The position numbers and the translations under genes were made by a program. The notes below the pieces were generated by a model. It was not told the DNA's origin. It was given only the letters and a program-made list of their open reading frames with translations, and made no database searches. 64,000 nt of DNA from Acidobacteriota bacterium. Lineage in GTDB: Bacteria; Acidobacteriota; Terriglobia; 2-12-FULL-54-10. The stretch spans positions 9,032-73,031 of the forward strand of contig SHUM01000004.1 of NCBI GenBank assembly GCA_009691245.1, in the 5' to 3' direction. Shown here one piece after another: positions 48,701 through 58,244 of this stretch; positions within the stretch are counted from its first letter, which is position 1, and each line of letters opens with the position of its first letter.

Positions 48701-49039
48701 CGACTCCTGGCCGATGGCGACAACGATATTCTGCCGAATCTGTCCGGCGAACGCGGGGGCTTCCGCCTTGACGTCGTACTCGCCCACCGGCAGCGCGGGC
48801 ACCACATAGCGGCCTGTGCTGCCCGAGACGGTGGAGCGCACCAGGCCTGTATCCCTGTTGGTGGCGGTGATGGCTACGCCGGGAATGACGGCGCCGCTCG
48901 CATCATGCACGCCGCCGGCGATGTTGCCCACAGGCAATTGCGCGCGTAACTCGCGCGGGCTGGCCAGCAGCAAAATTCCCGCCAGCATCAGAATCGCGCC
49001 GGTAGTTCCCCACTTGGCAAATCGTTGCCCCATATTCAT
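45770..49039 (-). CDS. TonB-dependent receptor with N-terminal carboxypeptidase-regulatory-like domain
   Basis: Signal peptide, CarbopepD_reg-like N-terminus, plug, 22-strand barrel, C-terminal KIQFGLKLNF. Confidence 0.85.
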   Translation of the reverse strand: MNMGQRFAKWGTTGAILMLAGILLLASPRELRAQLPVGNIAGGVHDASGAVIPGVAITATNRDTGLVRSTVSGSTGRYVVPALPVGEYDVKAEAPAFAGQIRQNIVVAIGQESVINFSLAVGSVAEAVTITGEAPLIETTSGAVGGLVNEQRVQELPLNGRNFNELVLLQAGINVHKQTSSTSSTGTGLVFSSNGAPIRSNFMTLDGANMASAEGLTGVSVTGSMLGIEGIQEYRVITNSFPAEYGMTMGSQITVATKSGTNRFRGSMFEFLRNSNLDASNFFYKPVNPLTDPRIPAFRRNNFGGAVGGPVIKDKSFFFLTYEGNRERLGDTKVLATPTAAARQNGGLVPTINAAVRPYLNLYPLPTGSLPSDPNQLSGVGRYIYVFKQPTREDFGQARVDHSFSETDSMFTRYTISDNALVDSAENWPEFPRFGNSRGQFLTVAESHTFSPVLLNQVRASFSRTFGRFDSATYEDPNLEFLPGFGLGGIAPGSGVTGIGPSTPWIVFNQNLYTLSNDIYYTAGSHSWKFGTLINRYHVFTEPTTSRRGSYAFSNITNFLNGIPQSFGSETPGSNTYKHYAWYTLGFYLQDDWRVTPRLTLNLGLRYESHTSVNEQNDRGSHFADVTRDRLTIISPELFHNNSKKNFGPRFGFAWDPKGDARMAVRGGFGLLYDIANMAAAAQVAATGTPPFASRSTITAANASATTPAVVVAFPRPNLASALQARGARITDYNLQQPHMLHYNLTVERQLPASFSVSAAFVGTRGINLYQTKEGNPVVPGGIPLNGTCVARPAGQTYVTDGPKCWLIGDPRLNPNWAEIELKSAAADSWYNGFQMTVNKRMGNGLQMQSSYTFSKALDTTQGQKGGEAGGAGNTGLDPDNPAYDKGASDSDTRHNWTVNGLYRLPLPEMSGIAGVVTNGWRLGGIFSAKSGLPFTPLLSGNRSRSLVSAGVADRPDIVPGRTPEDIILGGPDKYFDTSAFTVQNVGLLGTSPRNFLQGPGQVNLDLSLAKEFNAPILGESGRLDFRFEMFNIFNHPNFNIPVAGRTVFTATENAPLPGVAAARPPAAGSIDRTRSDARKIQFGLKLNF

Positions 49040-49288
49040 GATTCGTTCCCTCGTTTCTTAAAATCGTTGACGTCGGCGCGCCAATTCCGCACGCCCAATG
49101 TCGAGCGCCAGTTTTGGCGCACCGCCATTTCGTCCGGCCTATTTCCATGTCCCTATTTAACTCAATGTTAAACCCAACCAAACTGCTCACTGGACAGGAT
49201 TTAATCACACCGGGGAGGGCATGTCAATAAATTTAGGTGAATTAAATTAAAGGAGAAGGGCTGACGTGATTGGAAATGGTCACGAAAA

Positions 49289-50890
49289 TTATTCGCCGGA
49301 ACGGTCGCGATACTTGCCGGTGAACGGCGTTGCGCCCAGCTTCAACAGCATCTCAATTGTCTTCTTCTGCTCGCGCCCGGCGCGAAAGCGGTCATCGTAG
49401 CGGCCACCGGCCAATTGCCGGTAGATCAGACCTTCCGGATCGCCCATGGCGATGGAAATTGGCGTCTGTCCGTACATGTCCTTGGCGTCCAAGTTCGCGC
49501 CCTTGGATGCGAGGAATTCAATCACGGAAGTCCAGCCGAGATAAGTCGCCGCGTGCAGCGCGGTGCGCCCGTCTTCCTTGGCCGCGTTCACGTCCCCGCC
49601 CAGATCAACCGCCACCTTCAGCGCTTCCAGCGCCGCAGCTTCGCTGCGCATGTTGCGATCGGTGCCAAATCCGGCGGCAATCATCACCGGAGAAACATTT
49701 TCGGGTGTGGTAGTTTTGGGATCGGCGCGACCCTCGACCAGCACACGCATTGCGGACACATCGGCAGAAGCCGCGGCCAGCATGTACGGGGTGATGCCGA
49801 TCAAACTCAACTGCGGGTGATCGTTGCCGATGGAGCGGGCGATGGGCGCGTAATCGTAGGGGGGGAAATTCTTAAGTATCTTCGCGTTGGGATCGGCACC
49901 CTTCACCATCAGCGACTTTACCAACTCGGGCATGTTTTGTTTGGTCCAACCGAAGCGGTCGGTATCGGAACGCGTGGCGCCATCAATGGCCTGAATGCCG
50001 GCAACCAGCGCGTAGTGTAGCGCGGTTATTCCATAAGCGTCGGTCGCCTTGGGATCAGCGCCTTTCTCCAGCAGAAATAGCGCAACCTTCTCATGCCCAC
50101 TATGCGTGGCCACCACCAGCGGCGTGCCGTCTTCGGTCGAGGCATCGTCCACTTTGGCGCCAGCCGCGATCAGCATCTGCGCGGATTCCAGATCGCCCTG
50201 CCGCGCGGCGAACAGCAGCGACGTAAATCCGCCGGTGGTCTTCGGAAAGTACACACCCGCCTCGTAACTGCCGCCGAAAATGTTGGAGCTTTCAATGACG
50301 TAAGGGTCGCGATTGGGAATGATTTTCGAGCGGGCATGGACGCTTGCGCCACCGTCTACCAATGCGCGCACCACCGCAGGATGCCTTTCCGCCACGGCCC
50401 ACATCAGCGCGGTCTGGCCTCTCCTCTTCTCGGCGGCGCTGCTATCCGCGCCCTTGGCCAACAAAGCCTTCACGCCTTCAACCGTGCCGGTGCTGGAGCA
50501 GGTCATCAGCGGCGTCTCGCCCGTGATCTGCGCGAGGTTCGGATTGGCACCGGCCTTCAGCAGCGTCGCAACCATAGCCGCATTGCGGTTGGTGCAGGCC
50601 AACGTGAGTGGAGTAACGCCGTAGTCGTTCGCGGCGCTGACGTTCGCTCCAGCGCGGATCAGCAACTCCACCGACTCGGCGTCGTCGTGATGCACCGCCC
50701 ATGCCAGCGGTGTCGCGCCATCGGGCCGCGCTGCGTTCACATCCGCTTTGGCATTGAGCAAAGCTTTGATCGCCACTCGGTCGCCGCGCTCGGTGGCTTC
50801 CACCAGACGGAAGTCATCCGCAGCCCCGAACAAGCGCTGTGCGGTGGCGGCCAGGCAGAACAAACTAGTCAGGAAGATTCGATTGCGCAT
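49289..50890 (-). CDS. Secreted ankyrin-repeat protein
   Basis: At least 10 ANK repeats (GxTPLxxAxxxGHxxxVxxLLxxGA); signal peptide. Confidence 0.85.
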   Translation of the reverse strand: MRNRIFLTSLFCLAATAQRLFGAADDFRLVEATERGDRVAIKALLNAKADVNAARPDGATPLAWAVHHDDAESVELLIRAGANVSAANDYGVTPLTLACTNRNAAMVATLLKAGANPNLAQITGETPLMTCSSTGTVEGVKALLAKGADSSAAEKRRGQTALMWAVAERHPAVVRALVDGGASVHARSKIIPNRDPYVIESSNIFGGSYEAGVYFPKTTGGFTSLLFAARQGDLESAQMLIAAGAKVDDASTEDGTPLVVATHSGHEKVALFLLEKGADPKATDAYGITALHYALVAGIQAIDGATRSDTDRFGWTKQNMPELVKSLMVKGADPNAKILKNFPPYDYAPIARSIGNDHPQLSLIGITPYMLAAASADVSAMRVLVEGRADPKTTTPENVSPVMIAAGFGTDRNMRSEAAALEALKVAVDLGGDVNAAKEDGRTALHAATYLGWTSVIEFLASKGANLDAKDMYGQTPISIAMGDPEGLIYRQLAGGRYDDRFRAGREQKKTIEMLLKLGATPFTGKYRDRSGE

Positions 50891-50959
50891 CGTAATAAGA
50901 AGGCGGGGGTTGCCCCCCGCGCTTCGGTTTGAAAGGGTCTCACAGAGTAAACGTGTTCG

Positions 50960-52330
50960 CTAGACAGTCGTCAAATCCAGTTTGCCGGTGGCGTCGCTGT
51001 ACTTGGCATCGAGCCATCCATCTACGGAGACGCCGGCGATATCCATCACCGACAGCAGCACGTTCGAGAACGGCTGCCCGGGGAAGCGCAGGTGGCGATC
51101 ACCCTTCAGCTTGCCGTGCGCGCCGCCGACCAACATGACCGGAATGTTGTTGTGGATGTGGAAATTGCCATCGCTCAAGCCGCTGCCGAACAGCACCAGC
51201 GAGTGATCGAGCAACGTCCCATCGCCATCCGGCGTGTTGCGCAACCGCTCAATGAAGTGCGCGAACAACTGGGCCTGGAACAGGTCAACTTTCGCCACCA
51301 GTTCAATCGTCTCGGGAACTTCCTTGTGGTGCGAGAGCGGGTGATGGCCGTCGCCTACCCCAATCTCGCGGAAGGTTCGGTCGGTTTGCTCGCGGCCCAT
51401 CATCATGGTGGTGACGCGCGTCAGGTCCGACTGGAACGCCAGCACTTGCAGATCAAACATCAGCTTGGCATGCTCGGAGTACTTCGCGGGAATGCCCGCG
51501 GGCCGCTCCAAGTTTGATTTGCCAGCCACGGTGGGTTGACCCTCGGCGGGCTCATCGGATTTTTCGGCCACCTGAATGCGGCGCTCAATATCGCGTATGG
51601 CATCGAGGTACTCGCTCAACTTCGCGCGGTCACCCGATCCGATGCCGCCCATCATGCGCGAGACACCGTCGCTAACGGAGTCCAGAATGCTGCGCTCTTT
51701 CTGCATACGGCGAGCGCGAGCGGCTGCGTCGGCTGAATCGGTATCACCATACATGCGCTCGAACACGGCGCGCGGATTGATCTCCATGGGCAGCGCCGTC
51801 GCAGCGCCACGCCAGGAAATGGTGTTCATGTAATAGGCGCCGTAGCTGCCGTCGCTAACAGCCGTTTCAGGCGCGTCGAGAGCCATTTCGAGCGACCCGA
51901 GCTGCGTTTCCTTGCCCGCCTCCCGGGCGATCATCTGGTCCATCGACACTCCGAGCGCCCCGCCGGGCTTCGGATGCAAACCCGTAAGGAAAGCGGCGGC
52001 CGGGCGCGCGTGTACCCCGCCAGGCTCGTTGCCCACCGCGTCGGCAGCCTTGATGTTCAGGCCCGTCAGCACCGTGAGCTGGTCCTTAAAGGGAGCCAGC
52101 GGCGCGAGGGTAGGGGAGATTTCAAAACCCACACCATCGGTGCGCGGCGTCCATCTGGACATGATGCGGCCATTGGGCACGAAGACGGTCGCCACGCGCA
52201 GGGGCTTCTTGCCCGTGTCGTTCACCGCTGCCATCGCTGGCGACATGCTATCCAGCATAGGCAACGCCAAGGCGGCACCCGCTCCACGCAGGAATGTACG
52301 ACGGGGAATGGCTTTCTTGAATATCATCAT
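50960..52330 (-). CDS. DUF1501 protein with Tat signal (paralog of 41745-43133)
   Basis: MMIFKKAIPRRTFLRGAGAALALPMLD; ATGA overlap with the upstream gene. Confidence 0.85.
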   Translation of the reverse strand: MMIFKKAIPRRTFLRGAGAALALPMLDSMSPAMAAVNDTGKKPLRVATVFVPNGRIMSRWTPRTDGVGFEISPTLAPLAPFKDQLTVLTGLNIKAADAVGNEPGGVHARPAAAFLTGLHPKPGGALGVSMDQMIAREAGKETQLGSLEMALDAPETAVSDGSYGAYYMNTISWRGAATALPMEINPRAVFERMYGDTDSADAAARARRMQKERSILDSVSDGVSRMMGGIGSGDRAKLSEYLDAIRDIERRIQVAEKSDEPAEGQPTVAGKSNLERPAGIPAKYSEHAKLMFDLQVLAFQSDLTRVTTMMMGREQTDRTFREIGVGDGHHPLSHHKEVPETIELVAKVDLFQAQLFAHFIERLRNTPDGDGTLLDHSLVLFGSGLSDGNFHIHNNIPVMLVGGAHGKLKGDRHLRFPGQPFSNVLLSVMDIAGVSVDGWLDAKYSDATGKLDLTTV

Positions 52331-54798
52331 AGCTCTTTCGACCTCCTCATTAAAAACGGCTGACTCTTTACGATTCCGGTAATCAGGGCCGACCAGCGGT
52401 ATCCGCCGGGCGCGGCATCTCGCAGAATTTTGCGCACCGACGCCATATCATAATACTCCACTCTGCGTCCCAATGCATAGATAAGCATCTTCTCAGTCAC
52501 GGTGTTCATGAACTGGTGGGGATTCTTGAGCAGCGTCTCGCGAAACTCCACAGTGCCGTTGATCGGGGTTCCGTCGGGCAGCACGCCGGTGGCGTCAATG
52601 GGCGGGTTGCCATCGCCAAATGGGCTTTCGGTGCGCCACTTGCCGATGGGATCAAAGTTCTCCATGGCGAAGCCGATGGGATCCATCAGCTTGTGGCAGC
52701 TAATACAGGCAGGATTGGCGCGGTGCTGCTCCATCTGCTGCTTCAAGGTCAGCGCCTTGCCTTCCTTGCTCTTGGGTTGCAGATCGGGAACATTTGGTGG
52801 CGGCGGCGGCGGCGGCGTGCCCAGCAAATTCTCCAGTACCCACTTGCCGCGCACCACCGGTGAAGTCCGATTGGCGCGCGAAGTCAGCGTCAAAATGCTG
52901 CCTTGGCCGAGCAAGCCGCGGCGAGTGTTGAAGGCCGCGTCCGCCAGAGAAACCTTGCGGAAGTGGCTGCCATAGACGTTGGGGATGCCGTAGTGTTTGG
53001 CCAGCCGCTCGTTCACATATGTGAAATCGGCGCGCAGCATATCCAGGACGGAGCGGTCCTCGTGCAGCATATCGGCGAAGAACAGTTCGCTCTCGCGCTC
53101 GAATCCCTCGCGCAGGTTGTCATCATAATCCGGGAACATATCCGGGTCAGGCGAAAGCAGCTTCAGGTTGCGCAGGCTCAGCCACTGGCCGGCGAAGTTG
53201 CTCACCAGCGCCTCGGCACGACGATCCGCCATCATGCGCTTCACCTGCTGGTCGAGCACACCGGGGTCCTTCAGCTTGCCCTTTTCGGCGAGTGCGATTA
53301 ACTCTTCATCGGGAATGCTGGACCACAAAAAAAATGATAGCCGAGAAGCGAGTTCCAGATCGCTAACCGCGTAAGGCTTGCCCGTCGCCGCGCCCGTGGG
53401 ATCCTGCTCCACGCGGAACAGAAACTCAGGGCCAGCCAGGATGCGTTGCACGGCAAGCTGAACGCCTGCTTCAAAGCCGCCGTCCTTGGTGCCTTCGACA
53501 TAAAGCTTCATCAGCGGATCAATCTCGCCGGCCACCACGGGACGACGATAGGCGCGGCGCGCCAGCGTGGAGATGATCTTGCGCGCGCAAGGCTCCTGCT
53601 CAGCGGCGCTTTTCGGGGCGCAGGAGAATATCTTTTCGCGGCTGGCGGTCTCGCCCGAGCCTTTGGGCGCAAACGGTCCCGTGATGGTAACCGAGGCCAC
53701 GGCCGGATTGCCGCCACGATACTGGCCCAGGTCGGCATAGAGCAGCGGCGGCGTGTACACGCCCTCGGGCTTCGAGTTTTCCATTAGGAACGCAACGCCC
53801 ACCAGGCGCGCGCCTGCCTTCATGGGGAAGCGCGAAACCAGCGCATCATCGGCGGAATATTCGTAGTCCACTTGCTTGGTGTCGCCGCGATAGTCCGGAT
53901 CATTGCGCGAGAAGATCGGACCGGAGCGACCGCGGTATTCGCCGCCAATCGTGAACAGCTTCACGCGCGCGCCATCCACGCGAATGTCGAGCGGATGCGG
54001 ATCGCGCAGCCCGCGAATGTAGCCGTCGTTGTTGCGGACCAGCTTGATGCTGACCTCGTACTCGCCATCGAGCGCGAAGTTGTGGCGCACGGCAAGTCCG
54101 CCGCGCGAGCCGAACATCAAGTCTTCGCTGGCGCGATCCTCCTGCACCACCAACTGCGGAGTTTCGTAGGTAACGCCGCTGGGCTTCTGCGTGGGATCGC
54201 CCACGGCCATGCGACTGATCTTGCCCGCCGCAAGCATGTAGCGCTCCATCAGCACGGGAGAAACCGAGAGCACTTCCCCAATGTTATCGAATCCATGCTC
54301 GATATTATCAGGGGGCAGCAACGATGCAGAGTCAATCTCCATGGCTAGCAGATCACGGATGGCGTTGGTGTACTCGGCACGATTCAAACGATGCACGCTG
54401 GCAGTTCGCCCAGGATTCGCATTGGCTGCGGCGGCCTTGTCGAGCGAAGTCTCCAGATACGTGGTGAATGCGGTCAGCGTCGCTTTGTCAGGGCGCGGCG
54501 CGCCTCCCGGAGGCATTTGTCCGGCACGCAATTTTTTGACGGCCGTTTCCCAAATCTGCGCGTCGCGGGAAACATCATCAGCGTCAGCCTTATCGAGCGA
54601 CAGGCCCGCGGTGTTGAGTTTTTCATTATGGCAGGTAACACAATAGCGGCTGACCAGCACGCGATGCGGCGAAACTGGCGCAACAGCGGCAGGCTGTTGC
54701 TGCGCTTGGCTGGATGCGCTCGTGGCCAGCGCCACCACGATCATCGCCACCTGAAAATTCCGTCTGATATTCATCAACAACCTTCGGCCTTCGGCCAT
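52327..54798 (-). CDS. Cytochrome-c-like N-terminus / DUF1549 / DUF1553 protein (paralog of 43130-45601)
   Basis: RYCVTCHNEKLNTAG; 823 aa. Confidence 0.85.
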   Translation of the reverse strand: MAEGRRLLMNIRRNFQVAMIVVALATSASSQAQQQPAAVAPVSPHRVLVSRYCVTCHNEKLNTAGLSLDKADADDVSRDAQIWETAVKKLRAGQMPPGGAPRPDKATLTAFTTYLETSLDKAAAANANPGRTASVHRLNRAEYTNAIRDLLAMEIDSASLLPPDNIEHGFDNIGEVLSVSPVLMERYMLAAGKISRMAVGDPTQKPSGVTYETPQLVVQEDRASEDLMFGSRGGLAVRHNFALDGEYEVSIKLVRNNDGYIRGLRDPHPLDIRVDGARVKLFTIGGEYRGRSGPIFSRNDPDYRGDTKQVDYEYSADDALVSRFPMKAGARLVGVAFLMENSKPEGVYTPPLLYADLGQYRGGNPAVASVTITGPFAPKGSGETASREKIFSCAPKSAAEQEPCARKIISTLARRAYRRPVVAGEIDPLMKLYVEGTKDGGFEAGVQLAVQRILAGPEFLFRVEQDPTGAATGKPYAVSDLELASRLSFFLWSSIPDEELIALAEKGKLKDPGVLDQQVKRMMADRRAEALVSNFAGQWLSLRNLKLLSPDPDMFPDYDDNLREGFERESELFFADMLHEDRSVLDMLRADFTYVNERLAKHYGIPNVYGSHFRKVSLADAAFNTRRGLLGQGSILTLTSRANRTSPVVRGKWVLENLLGTPPPPPPPNVPDLQPKSKEGKALTLKQQMEQHRANPACISCHKLMDPIGFAMENFDPIGKWRTESPFGDGNPPIDATGVLPDGTPINGTVEFRETLLKNPHQFMNTVTEKMLIYALGRRVEYYDMASVRKILRDAAPGGYRWSALITGIVKSQPFLMRRSKEL

Positions 54799-55041
54799 TC
54801 AATCGCGGGCATAGTTCAACTCAGTGAGCGCGCCCGCAGCTCCAAGAGGAAACAAGTCCTCTTGACTGCCATTTATAGCAGGGAATCGCAACAAGTCAAG
54901 CAATGAAATTGCATGATTTAATACCATCCCAAACTCTTGCCGAAGAAAACTTAGCAACTCTATTTTTTTCAATATGTTACTGCCATCCACGCGAGCAATT
55001 TCCAAGAGTCCTTCTCCTGGGAAATTTCGCTGACATCGCGG

Positions 55042-57333
55042 CTAGCGGATCGTTATGTGAATCCCGCCTCGCACTTGAAAGGGCGTGCCCAGCAAATCGA
55101 CTGGCGAACGATTGGTGATGATCTTCGCATCGTTGAGGTTCTCAATCGCGACAAAAAGTCTGGCGAACTCGCCCAGCCCGCGCGAAACGTGAGCGTCAAG
55201 TTGAAAGAAATTCGGGAGCACCACGCTGTTGAGATCGTCATCAAATTGCTCGCCCACGAAGCGGCCAATGAGCGAAACACCGACGCGTTGCGGAAGCCGG
55301 AAATCACCAGCCAGCGTGAAGCGATGCCTGGCCACCTGCGGCAGGTTCTTATCGATCAACGAGACGTTCAGTTGCGGGTCAGCGTTGAACTTCGTCACTA
55401 CACTGCCATTCCACAGATACGTCGCGCTGGCTTTCACTGCGGAGACAGGCTGCCACGTCGCGCTCGCCTCCAAGCCCGCCACGCGCACCGCGCCGAGGTT
55501 TTGGCGCTGGCGTGTAATCAGCGCTGGTGTGTTTGACAGCGTTACGTTTGACACGGGCGCATCCAGAAAATTCCAGAAGCCAGTGAGGCCCAGCCGCGCT
55601 TCAGACGACACCGGGAAGCGCGCGCCGAGATCAAAGCCCGTGTTGCGCTCCGGCTGCAGCGCGCTGTTCGCGGTGGTCAGCACGGTGCCCACGCGGAAGT
55701 CGCGGTAGAGTTCGTTCAACGTCGGCGCGCGGAACGAGCGATACAGCGAACCGTGCAAGACCATTTGCGGCAACGCCTCGAAGCTAAATCCGCCGCGCGG
55801 ACTGAACACCGTCTCCGTGTTGGCTTTGAGCGCGCGTATCGCTGGCGATCCCACTACGAAGGAACCGGTGCGGCCATTGAAGTTTCGGAAGAAGTCCACG
55901 CGCCCGCCCACCACCAGCGCGAAACGCGGCGAGACTGTGAAGTTCTCTTCCGCGAACAAGCCGAAGGTGGATTGCTTGCCACCGCCGTAGCGCACTGAGG
56001 CGAAGCGGCCCGCAGTGAAGATGTTGTCGGTGCTCTGTCCGCTGACGATCCAGAGATCTGTACCACTAACCAGACTGTGCCGTCCCCGAGTGGCGAACCA
56101 CACCAGCGACGCGCCGCCCTCGGTGGACGGCACGTGCTGCTGACTGGCCAGCGTTTCCGTGTTGCGACCCGCGGCGACCGTGGCGGCGGTGCTGCCGAAG
56201 ATGGTGCGGCGGAAGAAGGCGCGCGTCTCGATGCGGTCGGAGGAGGAGGGCGAGAACTGGAAGCCGGTGGAGGCGTCGAATGACACCGTGTCGTTGTTCT
56301 GGAGCGGCGTGCCGTTGGCGCGATCTTCATTGAGCAGCCCGCCTTCGAGCGTCCACAGCGTGCCGCTGGCGGCGCGCTCCAGCTGGAACCGCGCGGCCTG
56401 ATGGCGCGAGTTTGAGGCGATGTCCACCGCGCCGCGCTGCGACTCGCGCACCTGTGTCCAACCATTGAAGTCGAATGCAGCGGCGCTGAACGCGAGGCCC
56501 CAGTCGCCGATGCGATGCGACGCGTAGAGGTCGCCCTTCAGCGCGCCGCGGCTGCCGCCCTGTGCTTGAAACTCAATGGTGGCAGGCGTGGGAACGCGCT
56601 TCAGCAATTGGACCACGCCGCCCAGCGCGTAGTTGCCGTAGAGCGCCGAGCCGCCGCCGTTGACCAGCTCCACCTGCTGCAGGCTCAACGAGGGGATGCG
56701 GTCCCAATAGACCCAGCCGCCGAAGGCGTCGTTGATGGGGATGCCGTCGGCCAGGACCAGCGACCGTGACACGCCGCTCGGCCCGATGCCGCGCAGCGAA
56801 ACGCCCTGCGTGGTGGGATGCGCGATGAGGCTGCTCGACCGCCGGAACAGCGAGAACTCGGGCAGGGTACGCAGGCGGTCGTCGAGGGACTGGTAGGGAC
56901 TCGCGCGCAGGTCTTCCTCATCGAGCACGCGGACCTCGGAGATGGAGTTTACCACTGGCAAAGGGAGCCGGCTGGCGGTTACCGATACGGCCTCGCTGAA
57001 GGCCTTCAGTGACACGGAAATTTCAGAATTATCGGAAGTATCCAAAGTGCAAACTTTCAGCTTTTGGGGTGGAAACGGAGCCGCCACCACCAGCAACTCA
57101 TGGCAGCCCGCGGAAACATCGGAAAACTCCACAACGCCCAAATCATCGGTTGTTGCGGAATTGACCACCAGCCCGTCGCGCAGCAAAGTGACTTCCGCGT
57201 CTCGCAGCACCCCGCGCGGTCCGGAAATTGTGGCGCGAATCGTCCTGGCCTGAGGGGCCGCCTCGCCCGTCGCCGCCCACCCGATCAACCCCGTGGCGGC
57301 CAAAGCAAGCACCAGCGGTTTGGGAATCCGCAT
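55042..57333 (-). CDS. TonB-dependent receptor with N-terminal carboxypeptidase-regulatory-like domain
   Basis: Signal peptide MRIPKPLVLALAATGLIGWAATGEA (start moved from the ORF-track 57447 to this Met); plug and barrel. Confidence 0.8.
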   Translation of the reverse strand: MRIPKPLVLALAATGLIGWAATGEAAPQARTIRATISGPRGVLRDAEVTLLRDGLVVNSATTDDLGVVEFSDVSAGCHELLVVAAPFPPQKLKVCTLDTSDNSEISVSLKAFSEAVSVTASRLPLPVVNSISEVRVLDEEDLRASPYQSLDDRLRTLPEFSLFRRSSSLIAHPTTQGVSLRGIGPSGVSRSLVLADGIPINDAFGGWVYWDRIPSLSLQQVELVNGGGSALYGNYALGGVVQLLKRVPTPATIEFQAQGGSRGALKGDLYASHRIGDWGLAFSAAAFDFNGWTQVRESQRGAVDIASNSRHQAARFQLERAASGTLWTLEGGLLNEDRANGTPLQNNDTVSFDASTGFQFSPSSSDRIETRAFFRRTIFGSTAATVAAGRNTETLASQQHVPSTEGGASLVWFATRGRHSLVSGTDLWIVSGQSTDNIFTAGRFASVRYGGGKQSTFGLFAEENFTVSPRFALVVGGRVDFFRNFNGRTGSFVVGSPAIRALKANTETVFSPRGGFSFEALPQMVLHGSLYRSFRAPTLNELYRDFRVGTVLTTANSALQPERNTGFDLGARFPVSSEARLGLTGFWNFLDAPVSNVTLSNTPALITRQRQNLGAVRVAGLEASATWQPVSAVKASATYLWNGSVVTKFNADPQLNVSLIDKNLPQVARHRFTLAGDFRLPQRVGVSLIGRFVGEQFDDDLNSVVLPNFFQLDAHVSRGLGEFARLFVAIENLNDAKIITNRSPVDLLGTPFQVRGGIHITIR

Positions 57334-57430
57334 AATCTTGAAAATTTGAAAAGTCTGGAAAATTTGGCGCATACATTCCCGATCCGGTCTGACTAATTTC
57401 GTCCCCGATTTTCCCCTCCTTTTCCTATGA

Positions 57431-57811
57431 TTAACGTGCCCTGGCAATGAGCGAAGCCCCTTTGGCCTCCGTCTCTTCCGGGTTGATGTTAGTTAGCCAA
57501 GCCCTGGCAATCAAAACAGCTAACGGATCACGATCATAACCGATGGCTTTGTGACCTCGCAGCTTTGCCGCTACCAACGTTGTGCCCGAACCTGCCATCG
57601 GATCAAGCACTCGAAGTTGTCGCGACGATAGGTCAGGCAACTCATCCCAGACTATTTCCGGGGCCATCCGAGCTGGGAATGGATGAATGGGTTTTATGAC
57701 CATAGTCATGCTTGCGGGATGTTTCCCTTCGTACAGTAGTCGACCTGATTCTAGCATTTTAAAATTGGGGATAGTACCGGAAACCGGGGGCAGCCAAAAC
57801 GTTCTCCACAT
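57431..57811 (-). CDS. DNA N4/N6-methyltransferase C-terminal fragment (orphan remnant; probable pseudogene)
   Basis: HPFPARMAPEI...VLDPMAGSGTTLVAAKLRGHKAIGYDRDP matches the C-terminal AdoMet-binding (motif I, FxGSGTT) region of N4/N6 amino-MTases. No DPPY catalytic-motif region anywhere upstream. Confidence 0.55.
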   Translation of the reverse strand: MWRTFWLPPVSGTIPNFKMLESGRLLYEGKHPASMTMVIKPIHPFPARMAPEIVWDELPDLSSRQLRVLDPMAGSGTTLVAAKLRGHKAIGYDRDPLAVLIARAWLTNINPEETEAKGASLIARAR

Positions 57812-57873
57812 TTTCAGGCGCGTGCGCCTGCCGGTTAAAAGCTGATGTTCAGGCCCGCCATCGACCGCGAATC

Positions 57874-57940
57874 CATCCGCAGATTACACAGATTGCGCCG
57901 ATGCTTTTCGCTCTGCGGAATCTGTGTAATTTGTGGATAG
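57874..57940. repeat. Inverted dyad of motif family S (CATCCGCAGATTACACAGATTGCGCCG -10nt- CTCTGCGGAATCTGTGTAATTTGTGGAT)
   Basis: Seen directly. Confidence 0.6.
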
Positions 57941-57975
57941 TCCGTGGATAGGAACCGCCCTCTTGCAACCGGAGC

Positions 57976-58023
57976 GGGTTTTTCCATTGGCCCGCTTGCT
58001 CACGCGCGCGGCACCGTCACGCG
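57976..58023 (+). repeat. REP-like dispersed repeat copy (full-length form)
   Basis: GGGTTTTTCCATTGGCCCGCTTGCTCACGCGCGCGGCACCGTCACGCG. Confidence 0.75.
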
Positions 58024-58244
58024 ATTAACCCTTGACTTAAGTGCCCCTGGCTGAGTATATTCGGCCCCAAATGGGAACAACGCTAGGAAAGCTGCGGGCG
58101 GGGTCCCTTTAGAGATTGGGTTAAGCGGCTGATCACCAATTGAATGTTTGGAGCGGAGTCCGCCGGACTCTGGCTGACCGCGTCCCGGCGTGTGCCCGGC
58201 GCGATAGAGTATGACGCGAATAACAATTTCGAAGGAGCGTTACC

